Below, one piece after another: positions 28,673-37,991 of a DNA stretch of 64,000 nucleotides (position 1 is its first letter; each line of letters opens with the position of its first letter). Below the pieces are notes generated by a model, which had not been told where the DNA came from, made no database searches, and saw only the letters and a program-made list of their open reading frames with translations. The DNA is from Candidatus Shapirobacteria bacterium (GTDB lineage: Bacteria; Patescibacteriota; Microgenomatia; UBA12405), in contig JAQWEN010000001.1 of assembly GCA_028704885.1 (NCBI GenBank), positions 350,679 to 414,678 on the forward strand, read 5' to 3'. Made by a program: the position numbers and the translations under genes.

Positions 28673-29974
28673 TTATTTTATTTTTCTAAGTCTAAAAGCG
28701 GTTCTGAAAGCTTCTGCTTCAGACCAAGGATATTCGGTGTGACCATGAAGAATAGTGGTCTCATGGCCTTTACCACAAGCAATAACAACATCATTTGGTT
28801 GACTTAGTTTAATAGCTAAGTTGAAAGCATCTTGACGATTGGGGATATTAAAATAAACAAATTTATTTTTTGATAATTCAATTATTTTTTGAATTTGTTT
28901 TTTAGTTTTGATTTCTTGATAATCAATCAATTCTGATTTTTTAGGATCTATGCCACCAATTATCTGTTTGTTAATATTTTCTATTTTTTCATTTCTAGTG
29001 TCATCAGAGGTAATTAAGGCAATATTAGCTAATTTAGAAACAATTTCACCCATTTTAGGACGTTTGGATTGATCTCGTCCACCAGTGGCTCCAAAAATAA
29101 CAATAAGATTACCTTTGTTAATTTTTTTAAGTGATGAAAGTGACGATTCTAGGGCAAAAGGAGTATGGGCAAAATCTATAATAGTTTTAAATTTAAAATC
29201 ATTTGAAATTTCTTCTCGACGACCTTTGGTTTCGGGAAAATGCTCGATGGCTTTTTGGACAAAAGATGAATCAATTTTTAATTTTTGACAAACGGCTATG
29301 GCTAGAAGGATATTATAAATTTGATATTCGTAATTACTATCGGTGGTAAATTTCTGATCATTAACTTCAAAACTAAGAAGATTTTGATCTAATTTAATTT
29401 TTTTGGCTTGATAGTCTGAATTTTCTTTAATACTGAATGTTTTAAAAGGAACTTTAATTTGTTTTTTAATAATTTCGAAAGATTGATCATCTTTATTTAA
29501 AACGGCATTTTTTGATAAAGAAAATAATTTGGCTTTGGTATTAATGTAATTATTTAAATTTTTGTGATAATCAAGATGTTCATGGGAAGTGTTGGTAATT
29601 CCAGAAATTTCAAAATTACATCCAGAAAAACGATACTGATCAAGAGCATGAGAAGTAACCTCACAAACAACATGAGTTATTCCAGCCTTAACCATTTCAG
29701 CAAGAATTTTTTGAAGTAAAGATGGGTCTGGGGTGGTAGTGTGAAAACCAGTGTCGATTTCCCGATCTTCAATTTTGGCACCAATAGTAGTAATTAAGCC
29801 TGTTTTTAGACCAGATTGCTTTAAAATTTCATGAATTAAGGTACAGGTGGTAGTTTTACCATCGGTTCCAGTAATTCCAATAAGAGTCAATTTTCTTGAA
29901 GGAAATCCGTAGTAAAAGTTATAAAAAATACTTTTAGGTAGATGAATTCCAATATTTTTAAGTTTTTGAATCAT
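28673..29974 (-). CDS. murE: UDP-MurNAc-tripeptide synthetase
   Basis: GITGTDGKTTT, HTTTPD, EVTSHAL.Q.R, HEHLDYH, IDFAHTP, GGRD..KRP.MG, GKGHE. Confidence 0.9.
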   Translation of the reverse strand: MIQKLKNIGIHLPKSIFYNFYYGFPSRKLTLIGITGTDGKTTTCTLIHEILKQSGLKTGLITTIGAKIEDREIDTGFHTTTPDPSLLQKILAEMVKAGITHVVCEVTSHALDQYRFSGCNFEISGITNTSHEHLDYHKNLNNYINTKAKLFSLSKNAVLNKDDQSFEIIKKQIKVPFKTFSIKENSDYQAKKIKLDQNLLSFEVNDQKFTTDSNYEYQIYNILLAIAVCQKLKIDSSFVQKAIEHFPETKGRREEISNDFKFKTIIDFAHTPFALESSLSSLKKINKGNLIVIFGATGGRDQSKRPKMGEIVSKLANIALITSDDTRNEKIENINKQIIGGIDPKKSELIDYQEIKTKKQIQKIIELSKNKFVYFNIPNRQDAFNLAIKLSQPNDVVIACGKGHETTILHGHTEYPWSEAEAFRTAFRLRKIK

Positions 29975-29986
29975 TTCGGTGTTTAA

Positions 29987-31636
29987 TTATAACAAATCGT
30001 TTAGTTTTGACGCTAATTCGTACCAAATTGGAGCGGCGGTACTTGATCCCCAAGGGGAAGTTTTAGGATTATTAATGGTAACAATCATAGTAAATTTTGG
30101 GTTTTCACAGGGTGAAAAACCAATATATGAAGCAATGGTTTTAGAATCAGTATACTCTCCACCAATAGCTATTTGAGCAGTACCACTTTTAGCACAAACT
30201 TCCAGATTTTTAGGTTTAAATTGGGAAACAACACCATTTTCAACGGCATATTTTAAAATTGATTTCATATCCTTAATGGTTTGATCACTAAAGATTTTAG
30301 TTTCAGTTTGATTTTTATTTTTAATGATTTTATCCCCTTCTGTAAAATAATTGACAACTTTTGGTTTAACTAAAATACCGTTGTTAGCGATAGTATTAAA
30401 AGCTTGAAGCATATTAATTTGAGTGACGACAATCCCTTGGCCAAAGGAAGCGGTGGCTAAATCAATTTCTGGCCATTCGGTTTTTAATGATGGTTTGGCT
30501 TCTCCTTGAAGATCAATACCGGTTTTTTGACTAAGCCCAAGTTTTTGATAATAATTTAGGAAATTTTTAGTGCCAAGCTTAGCAATAATATGACTCATGC
30601 CGATATTGTCTGAGTTTTTGATAATATCTTGAAGACTAGAATCGGGATGAAGTTCATTATCCCAATTACTAATAAAATATTTACCGATAACATTGGGTCG
30701 ATTACATTGAGTACAAATATAGTTTGTGTTTATCGCTTTGGCATCGAGGGCCATAGAAACAATTATTGGTTTAAAAATTGATCCTGGTTCAAAAAGATCA
30801 GAGATAGCCGGATTCCTAATGGAACTGATTGTAGCCGAACTGCTGCTAGTAAGAGAAGACATAGCAATAATAGCTCCGGTTTTTGGTTCCATAATAGTAA
30901 TAGATCCAGAATCAGCCGAATATTTATCGATACCTTCTTTTAAAAGTTTTTCAACATAAAATTGAGCACTACGATTAATGGAGGTAAAAATATTTCTACC
31001 ATTTACTGATTCAGAGCTCCAACTTTTTTTATTTAGAATGGTCTTACCAGTGGCGTCTTGAGGGGCCCAAACAAAACCGGTTTTACCTTTTAATTGTTTT
31101 TGATAAAAAGCTTCTAGTCCCCCATAACCAACTTGTGATCCTTGGTAATCTTTACTAATAATTCCGAGAAGATCTTTAGCCATTAAATTTTCTGGATAAT
31201 ATCTTTTGGCTATTGTTTGAAATTCAAGCCCAGGAATTTCCAATTGTTTTTTTTGATTGTCGCTAAAATAGGAATTAAAAGTAATCCATTTTTGATTGGA
31301 ATTATTTTTAAATTTATCAATTGAAATATTGTTTTCAAGCTTAAAATCAGGATAAACTTGGTCGATTTTATCAATAACTTCGTCTAAACTATTTTTTAAA
31401 TTTGGTTTATAAATTGATAGTTGATAGATAGTTTGATTTAAAACCAAAGGAAAATTATCTGATGAATATATTTCTCCGCGTTCAGGGATTATTTTTTCTA
31501 GTTTATAAGCTTGGTTTTGAGCTTTTTCTTTTAATTCAGGTCCTTTTATAATTTGCCAATAAAAAAGCCGTGAAGAGACTAAAATAAAGCAGAAAGTTAG
31601 GGCAATAGATAATATTTTTGATCTTTGATTTACCAC
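29987..31636 (-). CDS. ftsI: Class B penicillin-binding protein (FtsI/PBP2 type)
   Basis: RGEI, RYYP, GLE, EPGSIFK (SxxK), SDN, KSGTAQ. Confidence 0.88.
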   Translation of the reverse strand: MVNQRSKILSIALTFCFILVSSRLFYWQIIKGPELKEKAQNQAYKLEKIIPERGEIYSSDNFPLVLNQTIYQLSIYKPNLKNSLDEVIDKIDQVYPDFKLENNISIDKFKNNSNQKWITFNSYFSDNQKKQLEIPGLEFQTIAKRYYPENLMAKDLLGIISKDYQGSQVGYGGLEAFYQKQLKGKTGFVWAPQDATGKTILNKKSWSSESVNGRNIFTSINRSAQFYVEKLLKEGIDKYSADSGSITIMEPKTGAIIAMSSLTSSSSATISSIRNPAISDLFEPGSIFKPIIVSMALDAKAINTNYICTQCNRPNVIGKYFISNWDNELHPDSSLQDIIKNSDNIGMSHIIAKLGTKNFLNYYQKLGLSQKTGIDLQGEAKPSLKTEWPEIDLATASFGQGIVVTQINMLQAFNTIANNGILVKPKVVNYFTEGDKIIKNKNQTETKIFSDQTIKDMKSILKYAVENGVVSQFKPKNLEVCAKSGTAQIAIGGEYTDSKTIASYIGFSPCENPKFTMIVTINNPKTSPWGSSTAAPIWYELASKLNDLL

Positions 31637-31637
31637 T

Positions 31638-31895
31638 TTAATTTTGAAGATTAAGAGTCTCTTTTAAATTTATATAGTTTTTTTGGTTAATTAAGGTTTG
31701 GATTTGACTTAAAGAAGTTAGAGACGTAAATTGTTTTTTTAATTCTTGATTGGCAATTTTTAAGGATTGAAGACTACTTTGGTTTTTATTAATTGAATTA
31801 TTTTGATTAATAATTTCACTGGAATAATAAAAAGAAAAAAGGATCTGGCAGGCAATTAAAATAAAGAGAATTAGAAAAAATGGTTTATTTAACAT
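31638..31895 (-). CDS. FtsL-like small protein
   Basis: TM plus leucine coiled coil, between rsmH and ftsI. Confidence 0.55.
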   Translation of the reverse strand: MLNKPFFLILFILIACQILFSFYYSSEIINQNNSINKNQSSLQSLKIANQELKKQFTSLTSLSQIQTLINQKNYINLKETLNLQN

Positions 31896-31896
31896 C

Positions 31897-32769
31897 TTAT
31901 ACTATTCTATACGATCTTAGGGTGGCTGAGCGAGAGAGTGGGTTTTTCTTAATTTCTTCAAAGGAAGCTTTGACTGATTTTTCGGCTTGACATAAAGGGT
32001 TTTGATTTAAGAATAGTTTAACAATTCTATCTTCACCGGAATGAAAAGTGATTATACAAACTTTTCCATCTTTTTTAACAACATTTAGACTTTGAATAAG
32101 TAGTTTTTTTAAATTTTCAAATTCATCGTTAACTATAATTCGAAGGGCCATAAAAATTTTTGTACTAGGATCTATTTTTGATCTGATATGACGGTCTTTG
32201 TAAAAATCTCGAATAATATTTGCCAATCTGGTGGCTGTTTTTATAGGTGATTTTTGACGTTCACTGATTATTCTTAAGACAATTGGTTTGCTATAAATTT
32301 CTTGGGCATATTTACTGAATATTTCAAAAAGCTCATCGTAGTCGTAAGTATTAATAATTTCTTCAGCAGTTAATTCTTGATTTTCTGGGTCGAGACGCAT
32401 ATCTAAGGAAGATTCGTCATTAAATGAAAATCCCCTACCTTGACCGGTTTGTTGATTTTGACTTAAGCCTAGATCAATAATTAAACCGTCAATTTTTTGT
32501 TTGATTTGATTGGTTACAATATTTTCCAATTCGTTAAAATTATTATGAACAGGAAAAAAGTGATTTTTGAAACCAGCTTCTTTAATACGGTTAGTGGCAA
32601 TTTCTAAATTTTGAGGATCTTGATCAATACCATAAACAAGGCCACCTTTTTTGAGAATTTCTAAAGTGTGGCCACCGTGACCAAGAGTGCCGTCGACATA
32701 AATTTTGTCTGGTTGGACATTAAGAAGATCAATAGTTTCGGTTGATAAAACTGGAATATGGAAATCCAT
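31897..32769 (-). CDS. rsmH: 16S rRNA m4C1402 methyltransferase
   Basis: HIPVL, DGTLGHGGHT, GFSF....LDMR, ITFHSGEDR, NPLSRSA.LR. Confidence 0.95.
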   Translation of the reverse strand: MDFHIPVLSTETIDLLNVQPDKIYVDGTLGHGGHTLEILKKGGLVYGIDQDPQNLEIATNRIKEAGFKNHFFPVHNNFNELENIVTNQIKQKIDGLIIDLGLSQNQQTGQGRGFSFNDESSLDMRLDPENQELTAEEIINTYDYDELFEIFSKYAQEIYSKPIVLRIISERQKSPIKTATRLANIIRDFYKDRHIRSKIDPSTKIFMALRIIVNDEFENLKKLLIQSLNVVKKDGKVCIITFHSGEDRIVKLFLNQNPLCQAEKSVKASFEEIKKNPLSRSATLRSYRIV

Positions 32770-33473
32770 TATTGAGCAATGTAATCACCAACTATGGAAG
32801 TAAGATCTGTTTTAGTGACAGGGCTTGGTTCAATTGAAGTGATTTTACCTTTACCGTTGCCACTGGAAAAAACAGAATAAACAGAATTGAAATTTTTAAT
32901 AACGACAAAATAATCAGTTTTAGAAGCGACAGTGCCATTAATAATTAAATTTTCCTGATCCAAGGTTAATTTTTTTGCTTTATTAAGATCGGTGGCACTT
33001 TTTAAAGTGAAGGGAGTTTCGTAACTGACATATTGTTTGTCAGCAGTGGTTAAAGTTAAAGTAAGTGTTCCACCATTAACACCTTCGTCATATTTATATT
33101 TACAACCATTGGTACAACTGGCAGTGCCTAGCAATAAATCATCTTTTTCTAGTTCAGAACCAGTGAGCTTGATGGTACCACTGACACCTTTTTCGATTTC
33201 TAAATCTTGATCTTTGGCAGTATAAATTAATTCATAATCGACAGTGGTAAATTTAGTGGGTATTCCGGTAATTTTAAGAGTTAAATTGTGACCATCGGCG
33301 CGGGGAATAAGATTAACAACGGGTTTTTCGGTAGGACTTAATTCTATTTCTTTAGAAGCTTTTGTAGTTTCGGCTGGGGTATTAACGATAGTTTTTTTGT
33401 TACGGTAGAATAAAAAAGCTAATAGTAAAACTACGATAACGACTGGAAGTAAAATAATTGTTATTTTTTTCAT
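32769..33473 (-). CDS. Hypothetical membrane-anchored extracytoplasmic protein
   Basis: N-terminal TM, LLGTASCTNGCKY motif; translationally coupled to rsmH. Confidence 0.6.
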   Translation of the reverse strand: MKKITIILLPVVIVVLLLAFLFYRNKKTIVNTPAETTKASKEIELSPTEKPVVNLIPRADGHNLTLKITGIPTKFTTVDYELIYTAKDQDLEIEKGVSGTIKLTGSELEKDDLLLGTASCTNGCKYKYDEGVNGGTLTLTLTTADKQYVSYETPFTLKSATDLNKAKKLTLDQENLIINGTVASKTDYFVVIKNFNSVYSVFSSGNGKGKITSIEPSPVTKTDLTSIVGDYIAQ

Positions 33474-33474
33474 T

Positions 33475-34797
33475 TTATTTATTTAACTGTTTTTCTAACC
33501 AACTGTCAACTTCGTCAGATTTTATTCTGATTTGTTTCATAGTGTCACGATCGCGAATACTGACAGTGTCGTCTTCGAGAGTTTGATAATCGACAACTAA
33601 ACACCAAGGAGTACCAATTTCATCTTGACGACGATATTTTTTACCAATATTACTACTATCATCCCAATCGATTGAATATTTTGCATTTAAATTCTGAAAA
33701 ATAGCTTCAGCCTTGTCAATTAATTCTGGTTTGTTAGCAGCAAGTGGAAGAATAGCTATTTTATAGGCAGCAACTTGAGGTTTAATTTTAAGAACAGTTC
33801 TAATATCACCTGACTCAGTTTTTTCTTCTTGATAAGCATCGAGAAGCATAAAAAAGAAACTACGGTCAACACCACCAGAAGTTTCAGTAATGTGAGGGAG
33901 ATATTTTTCTTTAGTGACAGGATCAGTGTAAGAAAGATCTTGACCGCTAAATTTGGAATGTTGAGTTAAATCGTAATCAGAACGCCAATGAATACCTTCC
34001 ATTTCTGACCAACCCCAAGGAGCATTATATTCAATATCAAAAGCTTTTTTGGCATAAAAAGCCAATTCATCTTTGTCGTGTTCTCGGAATTTTAAATTTT
34101 CTGGGTGATTAAATAATTTTTGATACCAAGCCATACGAGTGGCTTTCCAATATTCATACCATTTGTCCATTTCTGATGGATGAACAAAATATTGAATATC
34201 CCACTGCTCAAATTCACGAGTGCGATAAAGAAAATTTTTAGGAGTGATTTCATTTCGGAAAGCTTTGCCAATTTGGGCAATACCAAACGGAATTTTGACT
34301 CGGCAAGAATCGACGATATTTTTAAAATCGAGATAGATTGTTTGACAGGCTTCCCCTCTTAAATAAGCATGTTGTTTTTCGCCTTCAATGACACCAATTT
34401 CAGTTTCAAATAAAATATTATATTTTTTACCTTCAGTAAATTGACCACCACATTCAGGACACTTAGATGAATCTTCTAATAAATCTGGACGAAATCTTTT
34501 GTGACAAGATTTGCATTCAACCATAATATCGGCAAAATTTTTGACATGACCAGAAGCCTGCCAAACAGTAGGATGGGTAATAATAGAACCGTCAATACCA
34601 ACGACATCACGACGCTTAATGACATTATCAGTCCACCAAATATTCTTCCAATTTAATTTCATTAAAGATCCGATGGGGCCATAATCATAAAAACCTTGAA
34701 CACCGCCATAGATTTCGGAGTTTTGAAAAATAATTCCGCGTCTTTTACAAAGACTAACGATTTTAGCAACTAATTCGTTTTGATTGTTTTCAGCCAT
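33475..34797 (-). CDS. glyQS: Glycine--tRNA ligase (alpha2 type)
   Basis: LCKRRG, EIYGG, YLRGE, QIGKAFRNEITP, REFEQ, YRRQDEIGTP. Confidence 0.95.
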   Translation of the reverse strand: MAENNQNELVAKIVSLCKRRGIIFQNSEIYGGVQGFYDYGPIGSLMKLNWKNIWWTDNVIKRRDVVGIDGSIITHPTVWQASGHVKNFADIMVECKSCHKRFRPDLLEDSSKCPECGGQFTEGKKYNILFETEIGVIEGEKQHAYLRGEACQTIYLDFKNIVDSCRVKIPFGIAQIGKAFRNEITPKNFLYRTREFEQWDIQYFVHPSEMDKWYEYWKATRMAWYQKLFNHPENLKFREHDKDELAFYAKKAFDIEYNAPWGWSEMEGIHWRSDYDLTQHSKFSGQDLSYTDPVTKEKYLPHITETSGGVDRSFFFMLLDAYQEEKTESGDIRTVLKIKPQVAAYKIAILPLAANKPELIDKAEAIFQNLNAKYSIDWDDSSNIGKKYRRQDEIGTPWCLVVDYQTLEDDTVSIRDRDTMKQIRIKSDEVDSWLEKQLNK

Positions 34798-34814
34798 GGA
34801 ATATTATAACCGAT

Positions 34815-35375
34815 TTACTTGAAAAGTTTATTGCTTTCGAGAGGTTTTTCAATAATTGATTCAAAAAAGCCTTTAATTAACTGCTGAGTGGTTTTGTAAT
34901 CTTTTTTGGCAAAATATTGATTAATTTCAGTTGGAACACCGAAACCAAGAGTTTCTAAAAAAAGAATTTCACTTTTAATATAGCGATTAAGTTGATTTTG
35001 ATTAATAGCATCAATAATTTCTTGGGAAATTTGATAAATACTTTCTATTTGTTGATTTTCAGCAATTAACCGATTTAAAATTTCTAAAAAATAAAATAAT
35101 AAATTTATTTGAGTTAAATTTTTATCGTGTTGTAAAAAAGGAGTAATAGTTTGGGCTTCTGACAACCAAAGATAATCATTTTTTTGATAAAGTTGGACTT
35201 TTATAGTGTTTCCAAGTTGAAGGCAACTTAAACGACTGCTTTTGATATTTTTGGCACCTTTAGCCAGAGCAACTATTTTTCCATTTCTTGGGGTTAAGAG
35301 AGTTACTAATAAATCTGTCTCTTTGATTGTTTTTTTATTAATTACAATACCAACTGTGTTTTGATATTTCTCCAT
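34815..35375 (-). CDS. recO: DNA repair protein RecO
   Basis: GIVI......ETDLLVTLLT...GKI..LAKGA....SS N-terminal OB domain. Confidence 0.8.
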   Translation of the reverse strand: MEKYQNTVGIVINKKTIKETDLLVTLLTPRNGKIVALAKGAKNIKSSRLSCLQLGNTIKVQLYQKNDYLWLSEAQTITPFLQHDKNLTQINLLFYFLEILNRLIAENQQIESIYQISQEIIDAINQNQLNRYIKSEILFLETLGFGVPTEINQYFAKKDYKTTQQLIKGFFESIIEKPLESNKLFK

Positions 35376-37330
35376 TATAAAGAAAGTTTGATGGTTTTAT
35401 CGGCAACCCATTGGAAGGTGGGTTGTTTTTTACCATTGATGGTTAGCTCGTATTCAATAGCTTTTGTCCCTGGCTGTTTTTGAAGTAATAGGGTATAAGT
35501 TGAACCGATTGCGGCCCCGGAAGTATATTGAACAGAAGTTTTAATGCTCGATTTAGCATTTAGAGCGTATTTATTGCCGTAAAATCCTTCGAAAACTTGT
35601 TTATTCAACTCTTCGTATTGAACTGGTTCAACTTCTGACCCCGTCATTTTAATCAGTTTAGAATTAACAGGGACATAGAATCTAAATAGATCACGATATT
35701 GAGCAGCGTTGAGACACAAATCGCCTTTTTCTAAATTACAATTAGAAGCTGGAGATGGATTTTCGTAAGTTATAGAAACTTTATGTTCGGCTACTCCATT
35801 TTTAATAGTAATATCGTGTTTTATTTTTTGAGTAATAAAAATATTACTTTTGGCACTAGCAAAATTGGCATCGTTTAAATGGAAATAGTCAATATTTTTT
35901 TCAACATCAACTATTTTTCCAGTAACGTTGGCTAAATTTCCAATTGTTTGCATATCAGCATCTGGGAAATAAAACATAACATGTTTTTCGTTGACATTTT
36001 TTAACGAAGCTTCAATTATAGAGGCCATCTTGGTTTTTTCTGAACCCATTATATTTGACAATAAAGATGACATGAGCGGATTCATAAAATCTTTTCGATT
36101 TTTTTCAATGTAATTTCGAGGTCGACCAGCAATCCATTCCAATTCATAAATAATAGAAGGACAGCCATCACAGCGCTTATCGGGTTCAGCGGTAAAAGTT
36201 CCAACTCGAGTATCTAGTTTTCCAAGAATTCTAACCATATCAACCAAAATATTGGTGTCGATGGAAATAACAGCGTCAAACTGATCTTTTTTGCCCATGG
36301 CTTTGTAATATTGATCTAAAAATATTTGAGCATCGGTAGGAAAATCAGGAGAAAGATTGTTATCACGAAGATTAAGATAAGGAACATTTATGTGATAACT
36401 TTTAATTAATCTTGGGGCGGGAATTTTGCTGGCTATTTTGTCGTCAAGATCGTAAATATTACTAGCAATACCAGGAGTAACTTTGCCATTTTTGACAGTC
36501 ATAGTGCTGTAAGCTGTCCAAAAGCCACCGCTTGGTCGAAGTTCGCCATCATTTTGAAAGATCACTAAATATTTACGGGGAGCATCTTTACCTAAAAGCC
36601 AAGATATTTTTCCAATAATTGGTTTACCATCTTTAATAAATTTATAGCTTTCATCTATTGTTTCTCGAGCTTTAACTAAATTTGATTTAACTTGATAACC
36701 TTTAAATTCTTCCGGATAGCGATTTGGATCAATTTCAGCGATAGCGGTTTGAATTAAGGCAATTTTATTTTCTATTTGATCGAGATAAGGAATTAAACCC
36801 TCAACTGATTCAGTTAAAAAAGCAATTCTGTCCTCAGTGGTTTTTTCATTACTGGTAGAAGATCCTTTAGCGCCTAAAAAATCTTTATATGGTTCAATGG
36901 CTTTAACTAAAATTTCACCGGTTTCAATTCCCTCTTTGGCAATTATTAAGGCTTGTTGACCGTCTTTATAATAATTACCGGCGATAGGGAGAATTTTTAC
37001 CCAAGCAAGTTTTTTATAATTAGTGTCAACAGAGGCCGTTTGGACTTTAACTGTACTTAGAGATTCTTTAATTTTGTCTAAATCTTTATCACTGACAGCT
37101 TGTTGAATTACAGGAATTGATTTTTTTATATTCTCAATTTGAGCTAATATTTTTTTGCCAGGGACGAAAATAAAAAAGAAAAACAAAACGGTAATCACCG
37201 AAAAAATAATTAAAATAATCCAAAGAAATTTGGGAACTGATTTCTTGATTTTGATTTTTTTATCTACCATTTCTTTTGGGGCTGGTTGGATAATTTCTAC
37301 AGGAGGTGCGATTGGGTTTAATTGATCCAT
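35375..37330 (-). CDS. DUF4012-type membrane-anchored protein
   Basis: YLVIFQNDGELRPSGGF, RD.NLSPDFP, QKQPG. Confidence 0.8.
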   Translation of the reverse strand: MDQLNPIAPPVEIIQPAPKEMVDKKIKIKKSVPKFLWIILIIFSVITVLFFFFIFVPGKKILAQIENIKKSIPVIQQAVSDKDLDKIKESLSTVKVQTASVDTNYKKLAWVKILPIAGNYYKDGQQALIIAKEGIETGEILVKAIEPYKDFLGAKGSSTSNEKTTEDRIAFLTESVEGLIPYLDQIENKIALIQTAIAEIDPNRYPEEFKGYQVKSNLVKARETIDESYKFIKDGKPIIGKISWLLGKDAPRKYLVIFQNDGELRPSGGFWTAYSTMTVKNGKVTPGIASNIYDLDDKIASKIPAPRLIKSYHINVPYLNLRDNNLSPDFPTDAQIFLDQYYKAMGKKDQFDAVISIDTNILVDMVRILGKLDTRVGTFTAEPDKRCDGCPSIIYELEWIAGRPRNYIEKNRKDFMNPLMSSLLSNIMGSEKTKMASIIEASLKNVNEKHVMFYFPDADMQTIGNLANVTGKIVDVEKNIDYFHLNDANFASAKSNIFITQKIKHDITIKNGVAEHKVSITYENPSPASNCNLEKGDLCLNAAQYRDLFRFYVPVNSKLIKMTGSEVEPVQYEELNKQVFEGFYGNKYALNAKSSIKTSVQYTSGAAIGSTYTLLLQKQPGTKAIEYELTINGKKQPTFQWVADKTIKLSL

Positions 37331-37350
37331 ACTAAGAGTTTAACTTAAAA

Positions 37351-37989
37351 TTACCAACGAGACAACATGGACATTGGGGTTTTGAAGATTATGAGAATTT
37401 CTTCAACAAAGGATTGCTTCTTAATGTATTCAGCATCCATCTTGGCTCGATCTTCAAAAGTAATATCATTTCGGCCTGAAGTTTGCCAAACACCAGTAAT
37501 ACCAGGTTTAGCGGTTCTGATAATTTGAATGTATTTTTTGGTTTTGGGGTATTTTAAGGCCTGTTCTTGAAGTTCTTCTTCTCGATAAGCTCGTGGGCCA
37601 ACTAAACTCATGTCCCCTTTTAAAACGTTAATTAATTGAGGAAATTCGTCGATAGTTAGGGATCTAATTTTTTTACCGATTGGAGTAATACGAGGATCTT
37701 CACACATGGGTAATTTCCAACCGCTTTCTTTATATTTTTTCCATAGTTCGGGATAATTTTCTCGAAGTCTCTTGTCATTATCACCGGTATACATGGAACG
37801 AAATTTATACATCCAAAATTCATGACTGTTTTTGCCAACTCTTTTTTGTTTAAAAAAAATTGGTCCAGTCGATCCCATTTTAATTAAAAGCATAGTAATC
37901 AGCATAATAGGAGAAAACAAAATAAGAAGAACTAATGAACCAACGATGTCGATTGTTCTTTTAAAAGAGGTAAATAATATTTTTTTCAT
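37351..37989 (-). CDS. Priming sugar-phosphate transferase (Bac_transf)
   Basis: KRTIDI, YKFRSM, DPRIT, DEFPQL.NVL.GDMSLVGPR, KPGITG.WQ. Confidence 0.93.
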   Translation of the reverse strand: MKKILFTSFKRTIDIVGSLVLLILFSPIMLITMLLIKMGSTGPIFFKQKRVGKNSHEFWMYKFRSMYTGDNDKRLRENYPELWKKYKESGWKLPMCEDPRITPIGKKIRSLTIDEFPQLINVLKGDMSLVGPRAYREEELQEQALKYPKTKKYIQIIRTAKPGITGVWQTSGRNDITFEDRAKMDAEYIKKQSFVEEILIIFKTPMSMLSRW

Positions 37990-37991
37990 TT

